In this document: positions 24,330 to 32,000 of the stretch, in pieces
Position numbering within the stretch: position 1 is the stretch's first letter
Layout: the number at the start of each line of letters is the position of its first letter
Origin: Methanothermobacter thermautotrophicus str. Delta H
GTDB lineage: Archaea > Methanobacteriota > Methanobacteria > Methanobacteriales > Methanothermobacteraceae
DNA: 32,000 nucleotides
Assembly (NCBI RefSeq): GCF_000008645.1
Contig: NC_000916.1
Location: 810,001 to 842,000 of the forward strand
Direction: 5' to 3'
Notes under the pieces: model-generated
The model's input: the letters and a program-made list of their open reading frames with translations, nothing else
Told to the model about the DNA's origin: nothing
Databases searched by the model: none
Translations under genes and position numbers: made by a program

Positions 24330-24746
24330 CTGAGTAAAAAAACTTTCCTAACCGAAAGACAGAAAACCGTTCTTGAAATGAGGGAGAGGGGATGGTCCCA
24401 GAAGAAGATTGCAAGGGAATTGAAGACCACAAGACAGAACGTGTCAGCAATAGAAAGAAAGGCCATGGAGAACATAGAGAAATCCCGGAACACTCTAGAT
24501 TTTGTTAAATCCCTAAAATCACCTGTAAGAATACTTTGCAGACGCGGGGATACCCTTGATGAAATTATAAAGAGATTATTGGAAGAATCAAATAAAGAGG
24601 GCATACATGTAATACATGACTCAATTACACTCGCATTTCTGATAAGGGAAAAGGCCAGCCACAGGATCGTTCACAGGGTTGTTAAAAGCGATTTTGAGAT
24701 AGGAGTGACAAGGGACGGAGAAATTATCGTCGATCTAAATTCCTAG
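24330..24746 (+). CDS. tfx: DNA-binding protein Tfx (N-terminal LuxR/sigma-70-region-4-like HTH, acidic C-terminal domain)
   Basis: FLTERQKTVLEMRERGWSQKKIARELKTTRQNVSAIERKAMENI is an HTH that needs residues upstream of the first ATG (24378). The frame is open from 24306, with CCAGGAGGG at 24315-24323 followed by ATA/ATT/CTG. The position directly upstream of fmdECB matches the published tfx locus. Confidence 0.8.
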   Translation: MSKKTFLTERQKTVLEMRERGWSQKKIARELKTTRQNVSAIERKAMENIEKSRNTLDFVKSLKSPVRILCRRGDTLDEIIKRLLEESNKEGIHVIHDSITLAFLIREKASHRIVHRVVKSDFEIGVTRDGEIIVDLNS

Positions 24747-24749
24747 AAT

Positions 24750-24807
24750 CTATAAAAAAATTTTTATAGTACCTTCCATATACAACGAGATGCAGATATA
24801 TGCATAT
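24750..24807 (+). promoter_or_regulatory. fmdECB promoter region with inverted repeats (candidate TATA box and operator)
   Basis: ctataaaaa (24750-24758) and tttttatag (24761-24769) form a 9-bp inverted repeat that includes TATA-like sequence. A 10-bp perfect palindrome, atatgcatat, lies at 24798-24807, between the TATA-like box and the fmdE SD (GGTGAT, 24812-24817). Confidence 0.5.
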
Positions 24808-24823
24808 CGTGTGGTGATCAAAG

Positions 24824-25366
24824 GTGGGGCAGGTCAGAGAATACCTTGATTTAATAAAAAATTTCAGTGGGTTCGCAAGCCCGGGCAGTGTCATAGGAGC
24901 TCATATGTTACTAATAGCCCGGAAGGTCCTTGATTTTGAAGTCGATGAAGAAATTTATGTTACATGTGAAACGACAAACTGTTTACCCGACGCATTCCAG
25001 GCCATATGCAAATCAACAATAGGAAATGGGAGACTGAATATCCTGGACACTGGAAAAATGGCTGTCATCATCAACAGAAAGGGTATGCCTGGAGAAACAG
25101 TCCAGGCTCTTAGAATAATACTGGATCCTGAAAAGACCGTCAATTACCCGATCATACATGAATGGTACATGAACACCCGCAAGGTATCCGCAGAAGAAGT
25201 GAATCCAGAACTCATAAGAGCCGGTGAGAATCTATATTCCTGGTATTTTGTTGATGTGATCGTCCCGGAAAAAGAAAAGAAGATAATTGAAATCTGTAAT
25301 CTTTGCAACGAACCTTTCATAAAAAGAAACGAGCTGGATCTCTGTCCAGCTTGTCTGAAAAGATAA
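24824..25366 (+). CDS. fmdE: Molybdenum formylmethanofuran dehydrogenase operon protein FmdE
   Basis: GTG start 6 nt after GGTGAT. FmdE-family core (GFASPGSVIGAHM ... CETTNCLPDAFQAICKSTIGNGRLNILDTGK) and a C-terminal zinc ribbon (CNLCNEPF...CPAC). It is the first gene of an E-C-B arrangement. Confidence 0.85.
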   Translation: MGQVREYLDLIKNFSGFASPGSVIGAHMLLIARKVLDFEVDEEIYVTCETTNCLPDAFQAICKSTIGNGRLNILDTGKMAVIINRKGMPGETVQALRIILDPEKTVNYPIIHEWYMNTRKVSAEEVNPELIRAGENLYSWYFVDVIVPEKEKKIIEICNLCNEPFIKRNELDLCPACLKR

Positions 25367-25383
25367 ACATGAGGTGAAAAAAT

Positions 25384-26586
25384 ATGGGATTTGTGTTGGT
25401 ACCAAAATCAGATTTCCAGATACCTCTGGAAGCAGATACCATAAGACCCGATCTGTTTGAAGGGCTGGATCTTGATGAAATTCGTTCCCTTCAGGTATAC
25501 GAAGGGAACATCAAAAGACCCCTAGGCGAATTTTTTGAGATAGCGGAGACACCCCATGCAGATCAGTTAATACGGATCGATGGTGATGTCAGCAGGGTGA
25601 AGTATATCGGTTCAGGGATGAAATCCGGAAAAATCATCATAAACGGCGATGTTGGACTCCAGCTTGGCTGTGAAATGAAAGGCGGTGAAATAGAGGTAAA
25701 TGGAAATGTTTCTTCATGGATCGGCATGGAAATGCATGGTGGCACCATAAAAATTAATGGAAACGCGGGGGATTATGTTGGCTGCGCATATAGGGGAGAG
25801 TGGCGTGGCATGAAAGGAGGTAAAATCATTATACAGGGTAATGCAGGGAACAATATTGGGGGTGGTATGATGGCCGGAGAAATTTATATAGGTGGAGATG
25901 CAGGTAATTTCTGCGGCATCCGAATGAATGGGGGTGAAATAACAGTACGCGGGGATGCTGGAAGGGCCCCCGGGGCAGAGATGGTATCAGGTATCATCAA
26001 AATTCATGGCCGAATCTCCTCTCTCCTCCCGGGATTCAAGGAGATCTCAACATTCAAAGAAGATGGATCCCTTATGATCCTATTCAAAGGAGATCTATCC
26101 GAAAAAAATCCGGAGGGTAATCTATACATCAATTATAATAAGAACCTTCACATTCTAGAGAATGAGACCGATGAAGGGAGAGTCATCACAAAAAAGGGAA
26201 TTAAAGTAATCTACAACAGTGGAAGTACAATACGTGAAGGTCAGATAATAAAGGGAGGCAATAAACTCACAGATGATTATATAGATGAATGTGCACGCTG
26301 CTGTATTAGTCCTGAAGACTATAAGCTCCTAGGTGAACCCGAAAATGTTGTAGTATCCTCACATGGAAATGAAGTTGTTCTGAGAGCTGTTGAGGACCCT
26401 GGAATCCAGATGGGAACAATATTCATACCCAGAGGTATATGGGCCAATGTGCTAACGCCACCGTATACCGAGTCAACCGGTTCCCCAATGTATAAAGGAG
26501 TGCCGGTTTATCTTAGAAAGGCTTCACAAGGTGAAAGGATCCTGAGTGCCGAGGAACTTGTAGAGGAATACGGGGTGGGAAAATGA
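25384..26586 (+). CDS. fmdC: Formylmethanofuran dehydrogenase subunit C (FwdC-like GXGXG repeats fused to an FwdD-like domain)
   Basis: Repeated G-rich beta-helix motifs (INGDVGLQLGCEMKGGEIEVNGNV, GMEMHGGTIKINGNAGDYVG, and others). A C-terminal molybdopterin-dinucleotide-binding-like domain (HGNEVVLRAVEDPGIQMGTIFIPRGIW). SD GAGGTGA upstream. Confidence 0.9.
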   Translation: MGFVLVPKSDFQIPLEADTIRPDLFEGLDLDEIRSLQVYEGNIKRPLGEFFEIAETPHADQLIRIDGDVSRVKYIGSGMKSGKIIINGDVGLQLGCEMKGGEIEVNGNVSSWIGMEMHGGTIKINGNAGDYVGCAYRGEWRGMKGGKIIIQGNAGNNIGGGMMAGEIYIGGDAGNFCGIRMNGGEITVRGDAGRAPGAEMVSGIIKIHGRISSLLPGFKEISTFKEDGSLMILFKGDLSEKNPEGNLYINYNKNLHILENETDEGRVITKKGIKVIYNSGSTIREGQIIKGGNKLTDDYIDECARCCISPEDYKLLGEPENVVVSSHGNEVVLRAVEDPGIQMGTIFIPRGIWANVLTPPYTESTGSPMYKGVPVYLRKASQGERILSAEELVEEYGVGK

Positions 26587-27893
26587 GCGTCTATAAAAAT
26601 GTGACATGTCCCGTCTGCGGAGGGTCTTGTGATGACATAGAGGTTCTCTATGATGGGAAAACAATAAAAACAAGGAATGCTTGCAGGATGGGGAATGCAA
26701 AGTTTCAGGAGATGGTCAGCTCCCACAGAATACTTAGACCCCAGATTAAAACTGAAAGTGGTTTCAGATCCGCAGAATGGGATGAAGCCCTTGACGCTGC
26801 AGCAGAGATACTTACAGAGTCAAAAAGACCAACCCTATTCATGGGTAGTGAGATGTCAACTGAAGCCATGGCTGCAGGTCTTGAACTTGGTGAGTATCTA
26901 AATGCCATGGTGGATTCAAATGCAACCATATGTCATGGCCCCACATTAATGGGAATCCAGGAAGCTGGACAGAGCGCTGCTACGGCAGGTGAGATAAAGA
27001 ATAGAGCTGACGTCATCATTTATTGGGGTACAAATGTTATGGACTCCATGCCTCGCCACATGTCACGTTACAGCATATTCATGCGCGGATTTTTCAGAGA
27101 ACGTGGTAAAAAAGATAGGACTGTCATCTCCGTGGATCCCCGTGAAACAGCAACAACTAAAGCCTCCGATATCCATCTGCAGCTGAAACCAAACTCAGAT
27201 TATGAACTCTTTTCAGCACTGCTTACAGTTATAAGGGGCAATGAACCGCACAGGAGTATTGAGAGTATAACCGGGATATCAGTTGAAACCATAAAGGAAG
27301 TCGCAGACATAATGCTGAATGCGCAGTTTGGAGCCATCTATGGGGGTCTTGGACTTGCATCATCAGAAGGTAAGCATAGAAACGTTGAGATGGTTCTCAA
27401 ACTGGTAGCTGCACTTAATGAACACACCAAATTTACAATAGGAGCCATAAGAGGTCATTGTAATGTCGCAGGATTTAATCAGGTGGCTTCATGGGAATAT
27501 GGTTTCCCCTTTGGTGTTGATTTTACAAGGGGTTATCCACGCTACAACCCCGGAGAAACAACTATAGTCGATCTTCTCCAGAGAAAAGAATCCGATGCAG
27601 TCCTCGTTATATGTTCAGATCTTGGAGCTCACCTCCCCAAAGAATGCGTTGAGTATATGAAAGAGATTCCTGTAATATGCATAGATATTGCCCCATGTCC
27701 AACAACACTTGTATCCGATGTTGTGATCCCTGGAGTTATTGATGCTATGGAGTCCAGCGGCACCTTCTACCGCTTTGACAATGTTCCCATCCACCATAAG
27801 GCATTCACAACATCACCATTCCCTGAAACAGAGAGCAACGAACATACTCTTAGACAGATCCTTGAGAGGGTTAAATCAATTAAAGGCGAATAA
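26583..27893 (+). CDS. fmdB: Formylmethanofuran dehydrogenase subunit B (molybdopterin-binding catalytic subunit)
   Basis: N-terminal Cys cluster CPVCGGSCDD...C. Molybdopterin oxidoreductase fold, with the metal-ligand position in RGHCNVAGFNQ encoded by TGT (Cys, not Sec). ATGA overlap with the fmdC stop. Confidence 0.9.
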   Translation: MSVYKNVTCPVCGGSCDDIEVLYDGKTIKTRNACRMGNAKFQEMVSSHRILRPQIKTESGFRSAEWDEALDAAAEILTESKRPTLFMGSEMSTEAMAAGLELGEYLNAMVDSNATICHGPTLMGIQEAGQSAATAGEIKNRADVIIYWGTNVMDSMPRHMSRYSIFMRGFFRERGKKDRTVISVDPRETATTKASDIHLQLKPNSDYELFSALLTVIRGNEPHRSIESITGISVETIKEVADIMLNAQFGAIYGGLGLASSEGKHRNVEMVLKLVAALNEHTKFTIGAIRGHCNVAGFNQVASWEYGFPFGVDFTRGYPRYNPGETTIVDLLQRKESDAVLVICSDLGAHLPKECVEYMKEIPVICIDIAPCPTTLVSDVVIPGVIDAMESSGTFYRFDNVPIHHKAFTTSPFPETESNEHTLRQILERVKSIKGE

Positions 27894-27900
27894 ATATCTG

Positions 27901-28980
27901 CTAACCATTTTTATTTTTTTCTCCTATGATACGGACATTCGTGGCTTTAATCAGAACTTGAAACTCTTCGCCCGTTCTTATACCAAGCTCAGTGACTGCG
28001 CCTGGAGTTACAGCCGAGGTCAGAACTATATCCCCTATCCTCAAGTTTACATAAACAATCCTTGAAGTTTCTATAATGTCTTCAACTGTACCCTTGAAGA
28101 TATTCTGTGCAGATGCCATAAACGGATCAGCTGCTATCATTATATTTTCTGGTCTGATGGAAAGTATCACAGACCCCTCCCCGCAGTCAACTGTCCTGAA
28201 GATATTTGAATTAACATTTACAGAGGTGAGCCCATTCACCTGGCCTTTAACAGTCCCTTCAAGTATATTAGCACCCAGAAAATCTGCAACAAAGTAGGGC
28301 GATGGTTTATTGATGACTTCCTCCTTTTTACCCATCTGAATGATTTTTCCATGATTCATCACCGCCACCTTATTTGAAAGCCACCATATATCATCAAGGT
28401 CATGTGTAACATGGATCACAGTGGTTTCAAAATTATCCCTGATATCTGCGATAAGTTTTCTTAGGGATATCTTTGTTCTCTGGTCAAGGGCACTGAATGG
28501 TTCATCCATCAATAGCAATCGGGGATTCACTATGATTGCCCTTGCTATCGATGCCCTCTGGAGCTCACCTCCACTGAGGGTTCCAGGGTATCTATTCAGT
28601 ACGTGATCTATACCCATCATAGCTGCGATTTCATGGACTTGTCTGTGAATATTTTCCTTCATCTCTGTCTGCTTACGAAGGCCGTAGGCTATATTCTCCT
28701 CCACGGTCATGTGAGGGAAGAGACAGTGGTCCTGATATACTATGCTAACATCACGTTCCTCAGGTGGGAGGGTGGTTAGATCCGCCCCATCAAGAGATAT
28801 CGTCCCCGAAATCGGTTCAAAGAATCCCATGATGGTCTCAAGAAAGATAGACTTACCACTACCAGTCGGGCCGATTATAACAAGATAATCTCCCCTCGAA
28901 AGGTGGAGTTCATCTACCCTGACTACAAATTCGCCAAGGTCGATTTCTAAATTATCTATATCCAGAAAACTCATTCCCAT
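27901..28980 (-). CDS. modC: Molybdate/tungstate-type ABC transporter ATPase with a C-terminal TOBE/Mop domain
   Basis: Walker A GPTGSGKS, signature LSGGELQR, Walker B LLLMDEPFS, and a TOBE-like tail (NIFKGTVEDIIETSRIVYVNLRIGD...). Candidate starts are TTG 28998, ATG 28980 and ATG 28974; all overlap the permease 3' end. Confidence 0.85.
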   Translation of the reverse strand: MGMSFLDIDNLEIDLGEFVVRVDELHLSRGDYLVIIGPTGSGKSIFLETIMGFFEPISGTISLDGADLTTLPPEERDVSIVYQDHCLFPHMTVEENIAYGLRKQTEMKENIHRQVHEIAAMMGIDHVLNRYPGTLSGGELQRASIARAIIVNPRLLLMDEPFSALDQRTKISLRKLIADIRDNFETTVIHVTHDLDDIWWLSNKVAVMNHGKIIQMGKKEEVINKPSPYFVADFLGANILEGTVKGQVNGLTSVNVNSNIFRTVDCGEGSVILSIRPENIMIAADPFMASAQNIFKGTVEDIIETSRIVYVNLRIGDIVLTSAVTPGAVTELGIRTGEEFQVLIKATNVRIIGEKNKNG

Positions 28981-29761
28981 AAGCCCCCATTTTTTCAAGG
29001 AAAAATATTGTTATGAATGAAATTATCATAAGGAAGATACCGGATGCCACAGCCATCTCCACGTTTCCATAGGATAAATTAAGATACAGAGATATAGGGA
29101 GAGTATCTGTTTTCTGATAGGTACCTCCGGCAACTATCAGTACCGCTCCAAAGCAGCCTATGCACCTTGAAAAGGTAATTATTGTTGCAGCTAATATTCC
29201 ATCCCTGGATAAAGGGATCATGATATTTCTGAACGTCTCAAATTCTGTATATCCAAGGGAACGGGAAACAAATTTGAGTCTCCTATCGATGTTACAGAAT
29301 GTTGAGTAACATATTCTGACCGTATACGGTAAAGAGACAAAGAACTGTGCACAGATGACTCCAAGATCCGTGAAGACTATCTGAATACCGAGTCCATCCA
29401 TCATATAATTTAGAGGGGTGTTTCCAAGAAATATGAGAAGCATTATACCTATAAGAATTTCAGGTAATGCTATAGGAATATCCAGCACTGTTTTAACAAT
29501 GGATTTCCCTCTGAAGGAGTCCTCTGATAGTGAATAAGCAATGAGCAGCGCAGATAACATCACAATCAGTGTTGTTATAGTGGATGTTAAAAGAGATAAT
29601 TTCACTGAGTGGATCATATCAGCACTTCTGAATGAATCCAGGATGGATTGCGGAGAGGATACTGTCCAGAGTGAAATACATATTATAAAAAATGCGGCCA
29701 CAAAGATGACCGCAAAGAATCTGCAAGTACCTCTGAAAATACTCACTCGCTCAATGGACAA
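28952..29761 (-). CDS. modB: ABC transporter permease (ModB/WtpB-like)
   Basis: Multi-TM protein with an EAA-type loop (SRSLGYTEFETFRNIMIPLSRDGILAA). An alternative GTG start at 29746 forms a GTGA overlap with the upstream stop. Confidence 0.85.
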   Translation of the reverse strand: MSIERVSIFRGTCRFFAVIFVAAFFIICISLWTVSSPQSILDSFRSADMIHSVKLSLLTSTITTLIVMLSALLIAYSLSEDSFRGKSIVKTVLDIPIALPEILIGIMLLIFLGNTPLNYMMDGLGIQIVFTDLGVICAQFFVSLPYTVRICYSTFCNIDRRLKFVSRSLGYTEFETFRNIMIPLSRDGILAATIITFSRCIGCFGAVLIVAGGTYQKTDTLPISLYLNLSYGNVEMAVASGIFLMIISFITIFFLEKMGAYGNEFSGYR

Positions 29762-30451
29762 AACCGTTCAACCCCCATCAGTGCTGCTAACCCTGCTATC
29801 GTTGTTCCATAAAATATTACTCTTTTATCTGATGCCATGGCCATGATATCTTCAAATGTACCGTTAGCTACAGTAGAACCGGTTACCACTAAAACATCAG
29901 AATTCTGAATTATCTTCTTATTGCATTTTTTTGCATCAAATACATCTACACCATATTTTTTGCCCTTATTTCCAGGATTCAGATCTGTAACCCGCAATCT
30001 GTCTCCAAATGTCTCGTGAAGTTTCCTTACAAACGCCGGTTGAAACCCAAGCAAAGCAACTCTGTCATATCCCAGCAATTCAAGGTAATCTGAAAGTAAT
30101 TCAGCACACCTTTCAGGAGCGTTTCCAGTGCAGTGAACTGTCCTATCAATGAAACCCTTTCTTCCTCATGAGTGCATTGAAAGTAGCTATCAAACACGAT
30201 TGTTTCCCTTTTACTAAAAGTTCCCCGAGGGTTCCTCTGAAATGAGTGGGAGTAGCTGTGAAGCACTCCCCTACAGTACCATCTTCAAGAGTCGCTCTGA
30301 GCATGACCTCTCTCCCCTCAACAAGAGGATAATCCTTGATGGTTGATGTATCAAGGAGAGGGTTCTTCACAGAGATCTCGACATATGTGGACTCCATGGC
30401 TGACGAATGTATCAGATAGTTCATTTTATCCCTGATAAACTCATGTATCAT
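29743..30451 (-). pseudogene. DUF364-like (Rossmann-like, putative metal-chelation) protein split by a single-base frameshift
   Basis: ORFs 30146..30451 and 29743..30078 join if one base is removed in the AAAGGGTTT run (plus-strand 30152-30160), giving ...FNALMRKKGFIDRTVHCTGNAPERCAELLSDYLELLGYDRVALLGFQP... The C-terminal half parallels the 31258 gene (DVLVVTGSTVANGT vs DVLAVTGSTLVNHS). Confidence 0.65.
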
Positions 30452-30472
30452 GGTATCAGATCCTGGTTTAAA

Positions 30473-31255
30473 TCAGAAAATGACTTTGAACCCCCATTTT
30501 TCCCATATAACCCTGGCCTCATCTGATTTAATGTATTCAACGAATTCTTTTGATGTTTCAACGTTTCCTGAAATTGAAGTGACCGCTGCGGGTATTGTCT
30601 GGTTCTTTGCTCCCTCGATTTCAATCATTTCCAGCTTTGATTTACTGTTGTTCCATGTCAACATGTCCTCCCATATTATAACTGCATCTACCTGTCCTGA
30701 GAGGATGTATGTTAAGAGCTGATTAACTGTCGGAGTCTTCGCAACTAAATTTTCATTTATATTTACGCCCTCTTTATCAAGCATTTTCTGGGCGACTTTG
30801 CCTATCGCGCATGCCTTGGGATCTCCTATCGCAACTCTCACGTTTTCTTTACCCAGATCTTTAAGGGAGGTTATGTTCTTCGGATTTCCCCTTTTAACGG
30901 CTATGACGGGTTTATGTGAGGTCACATTCACAATGGTATCATTGATTATGTAACCCTTTTCTTTTGCCTTGTCCATTGTCGTATATTCGCCTGTTATGAG
31001 TACATCGCCCTTTTTTGATGTCATCAGTGTTGCAAGAAGTTCTCCTGAACCCCCATACTGAACATTAACCTTTTTTCCTGTCTTTTTCTCAAAATTAGTT
31101 ATTATCTCATTCATTGGTTTCATGAGCCCTGCCCCTGCAAGGACTGTGATCTCTGATCCCTTCATAGTCTTTGAATTTCCTGTGATAAGATACGCTCCTG
31201 TAACCGCTGAAAGGATCAGCAACCCTATTACAAACGCCATTATCTTCTTATCCAT
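30473..31255 (-). CDS. modA: Periplasmic-type substrate-binding protein of the ModA/WtpA molybdate/tungstate family
   Basis: N-terminal signal/anchor MDKKIMAFVIGLLILSAVTGA. ModA-like VLAGAGLMKPMNEIITNFEKKTGKKVNVQYGGSGELLATL and GDPKACAIGKVAQKML. Mo versus W specificity cannot be determined from the sequence. Confidence 0.85.
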   Translation of the reverse strand: MDKKIMAFVIGLLILSAVTGAYLITGNSKTMKGSEITVLAGAGLMKPMNEIITNFEKKTGKKVNVQYGGSGELLATLMTSKKGDVLITGEYTTMDKAKEKGYIINDTIVNVTSHKPVIAVKRGNPKNITSLKDLGKENVRVAIGDPKACAIGKVAQKMLDKEGVNINENLVAKTPTVNQLLTYILSGQVDAVIIWEDMLTWNNSKSKLEMIEIEGAKNQTIPAAVTSISGNVETSKEFVEYIKSDEARVIWEKWGFKVIF

Positions 31256-31257
31256 GA

Positions 31258-31968
31258 TCAGGCCTCCATTACCCTGTAGATTATTCCTCCATCTTTTTCA
31301 TGTAACATGCCCTCATTGAACCTTATTTTCTTTAGAATATTAACAGGATCAGTTATTTCAACCCCTGCAATCATATCAACCCCGTATTCAAAAAAAACAT
31401 CTGTCATTGGCGTTGTGGGTCCTATGATAGCCACAAAAGCATCAAGTTCTGCCAGTGCAAGGTAACGTTCTGTGCTGTGATTGACCAGTGTGCTGCCAGT
31501 CACTGCAAGTACATCAACCCGGGGGATAATCTGTTCAGCCGCTGTTTCAGGAAAAACACCCCTTTTAGGATTGACCTTAAATGGATTGATCTCCAGAATA
31601 TAGAACTCGTCCGAAACCGTCCTTATCCTGTCAGTGTAGCGGCGTGGGAATTCACCCACCATAGCGATTTTTCGATTTCGGCATTCCTCCATCAGTATAT
31701 CAAATGCATTGCATCGTTTACCACCTCCCTCGATCACTGAGTTAACAGTAGCAATTCCCAGGCTGGAATAAAATGGGTCCCATGACCTTGAAAGTTCAAG
31801 TAATTCATGAGTCATCTCTGGAATTTCAAAATCTCTGATGAATCCATTATTACTGGCTATACCGCAGGAGCTGCTCCAAACAGCCGTCCATGATCTGCCT
31901 ATGGCCACATCCCTTACTCTGATTTCAGGCATGTTCTCAATCTCATCCAGTATATCATCAAGTATCAT
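31258..31968 (-). CDS. DUF4213/DUF364 protein (Rossmann-like, putative heavy-metal chelation domain)
   Basis: N-terminal VRDVAIGRSWTAVWSSSCGIA pattern and C-terminal KIAMVGEFP...DVLAVTGSTLVNHSTE...VAIIGPTTPM pattern. Its stop is 2 nt from the modA start. Confidence 0.7.
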   Translation of the reverse strand: MILDDILDEIENMPEIRVRDVAIGRSWTAVWSSSCGIASNNGFIRDFEIPEMTHELLELSRSWDPFYSSLGIATVNSVIEGGGKRCNAFDILMEECRNRKIAMVGEFPRRYTDRIRTVSDEFYILEINPFKVNPKRGVFPETAAEQIIPRVDVLAVTGSTLVNHSTERYLALAELDAFVAIIGPTTPMTDVFFEYGVDMIAGVEITDPVNILKKIRFNEGMLHEKDGGIIYRVMEA

Positions 31969-32000
31969 AATAGCACCAGTATAATGGCAATTTCGGGCAT

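Noticed and set aside
27451-27480. Possible selenocysteine at the FmdB active-site position
   Set aside because: The ligand position in RGHCNVAG is encoded by TGT (Cys). There is no in-frame TGA in the gene.
31965-32000. The possible 3' end of another minus-strand gene (..MPEIAIILVLL, stop overlapping the ATG at 31968 as ATGA)
   Set aside because: Only 12 codons are visible and the frame cannot be verified, so this is too little sequence to call a feature.

Overview
This window reads as a Methanobacteriales chromosome, most likely Methanothermobacter. That is inferred from gene content: tfx followed by fmdECB, a 77-aa thioredoxin-like protein, a class II photolyase, and GGAGGTGA/GGTGAT Shine-Dalgarno motifs. 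All calls rest on motif recognition and frame analysis by eye; no searches were run.

Layout:
- 1-3.2 kb: dnaG (5'-truncated), a Lon-related AAA+ ATPase without a protease domain, and xerA.
- 3.4-7.6 kb: a co-directional arsenic/redox cluster (DUF318/ArsP-like permease, thioredoxin-like protein, small Cys-rich ORF, ProC-like, Usp, ArsR, Acr3).
- 7.6-10.1 kb (minus): two tandem receiver-HisKA_2 hybrid kinases.
- 10.2-15.6 kb: DUF523/DUF1722-phr, bioY, DUF1284, an aldo/keto reductase with an Fe-S tail, and a THUMP protein.
- 15.7-18.7 kb: two secreted, sequon-rich surface proteins, one a 698-aa parallel beta-helix protein.
- 18.8-20.2 kb (minus): an RNase J-like MBL/beta-CASP nuclease.
- 20.3-32 kb: a block using more A/T-ending codons. 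It holds a large exported protein with two FmdE-like modules, a small kinase-like protein, tfx, fmdE-fmdC-fmdB, and a convergent Mo/W-type ABC uptake operon interleaved with two DUF364-like genes.

Most notable:
1. The exported tandem FmdE-like protein is split by a single in-frame TAG, and an internal repeat aligns across that stop.
2. Four other genes (DUF1722 C-terminus, bioY, the AKR, a DUF364 paralog) each carry a single-base frameshift at a short homopolymer. This means either assembly indels or real gene decay.
3. There is a codon-usage boundary near 20.3-20.5 kb.
4. A G+C-richer, non-coding-looking segment at 20.6-20.8 kb has promoter-like and terminator-like flanks.

No rRNA, tRNA, CRISPR array or transposase was recognised.
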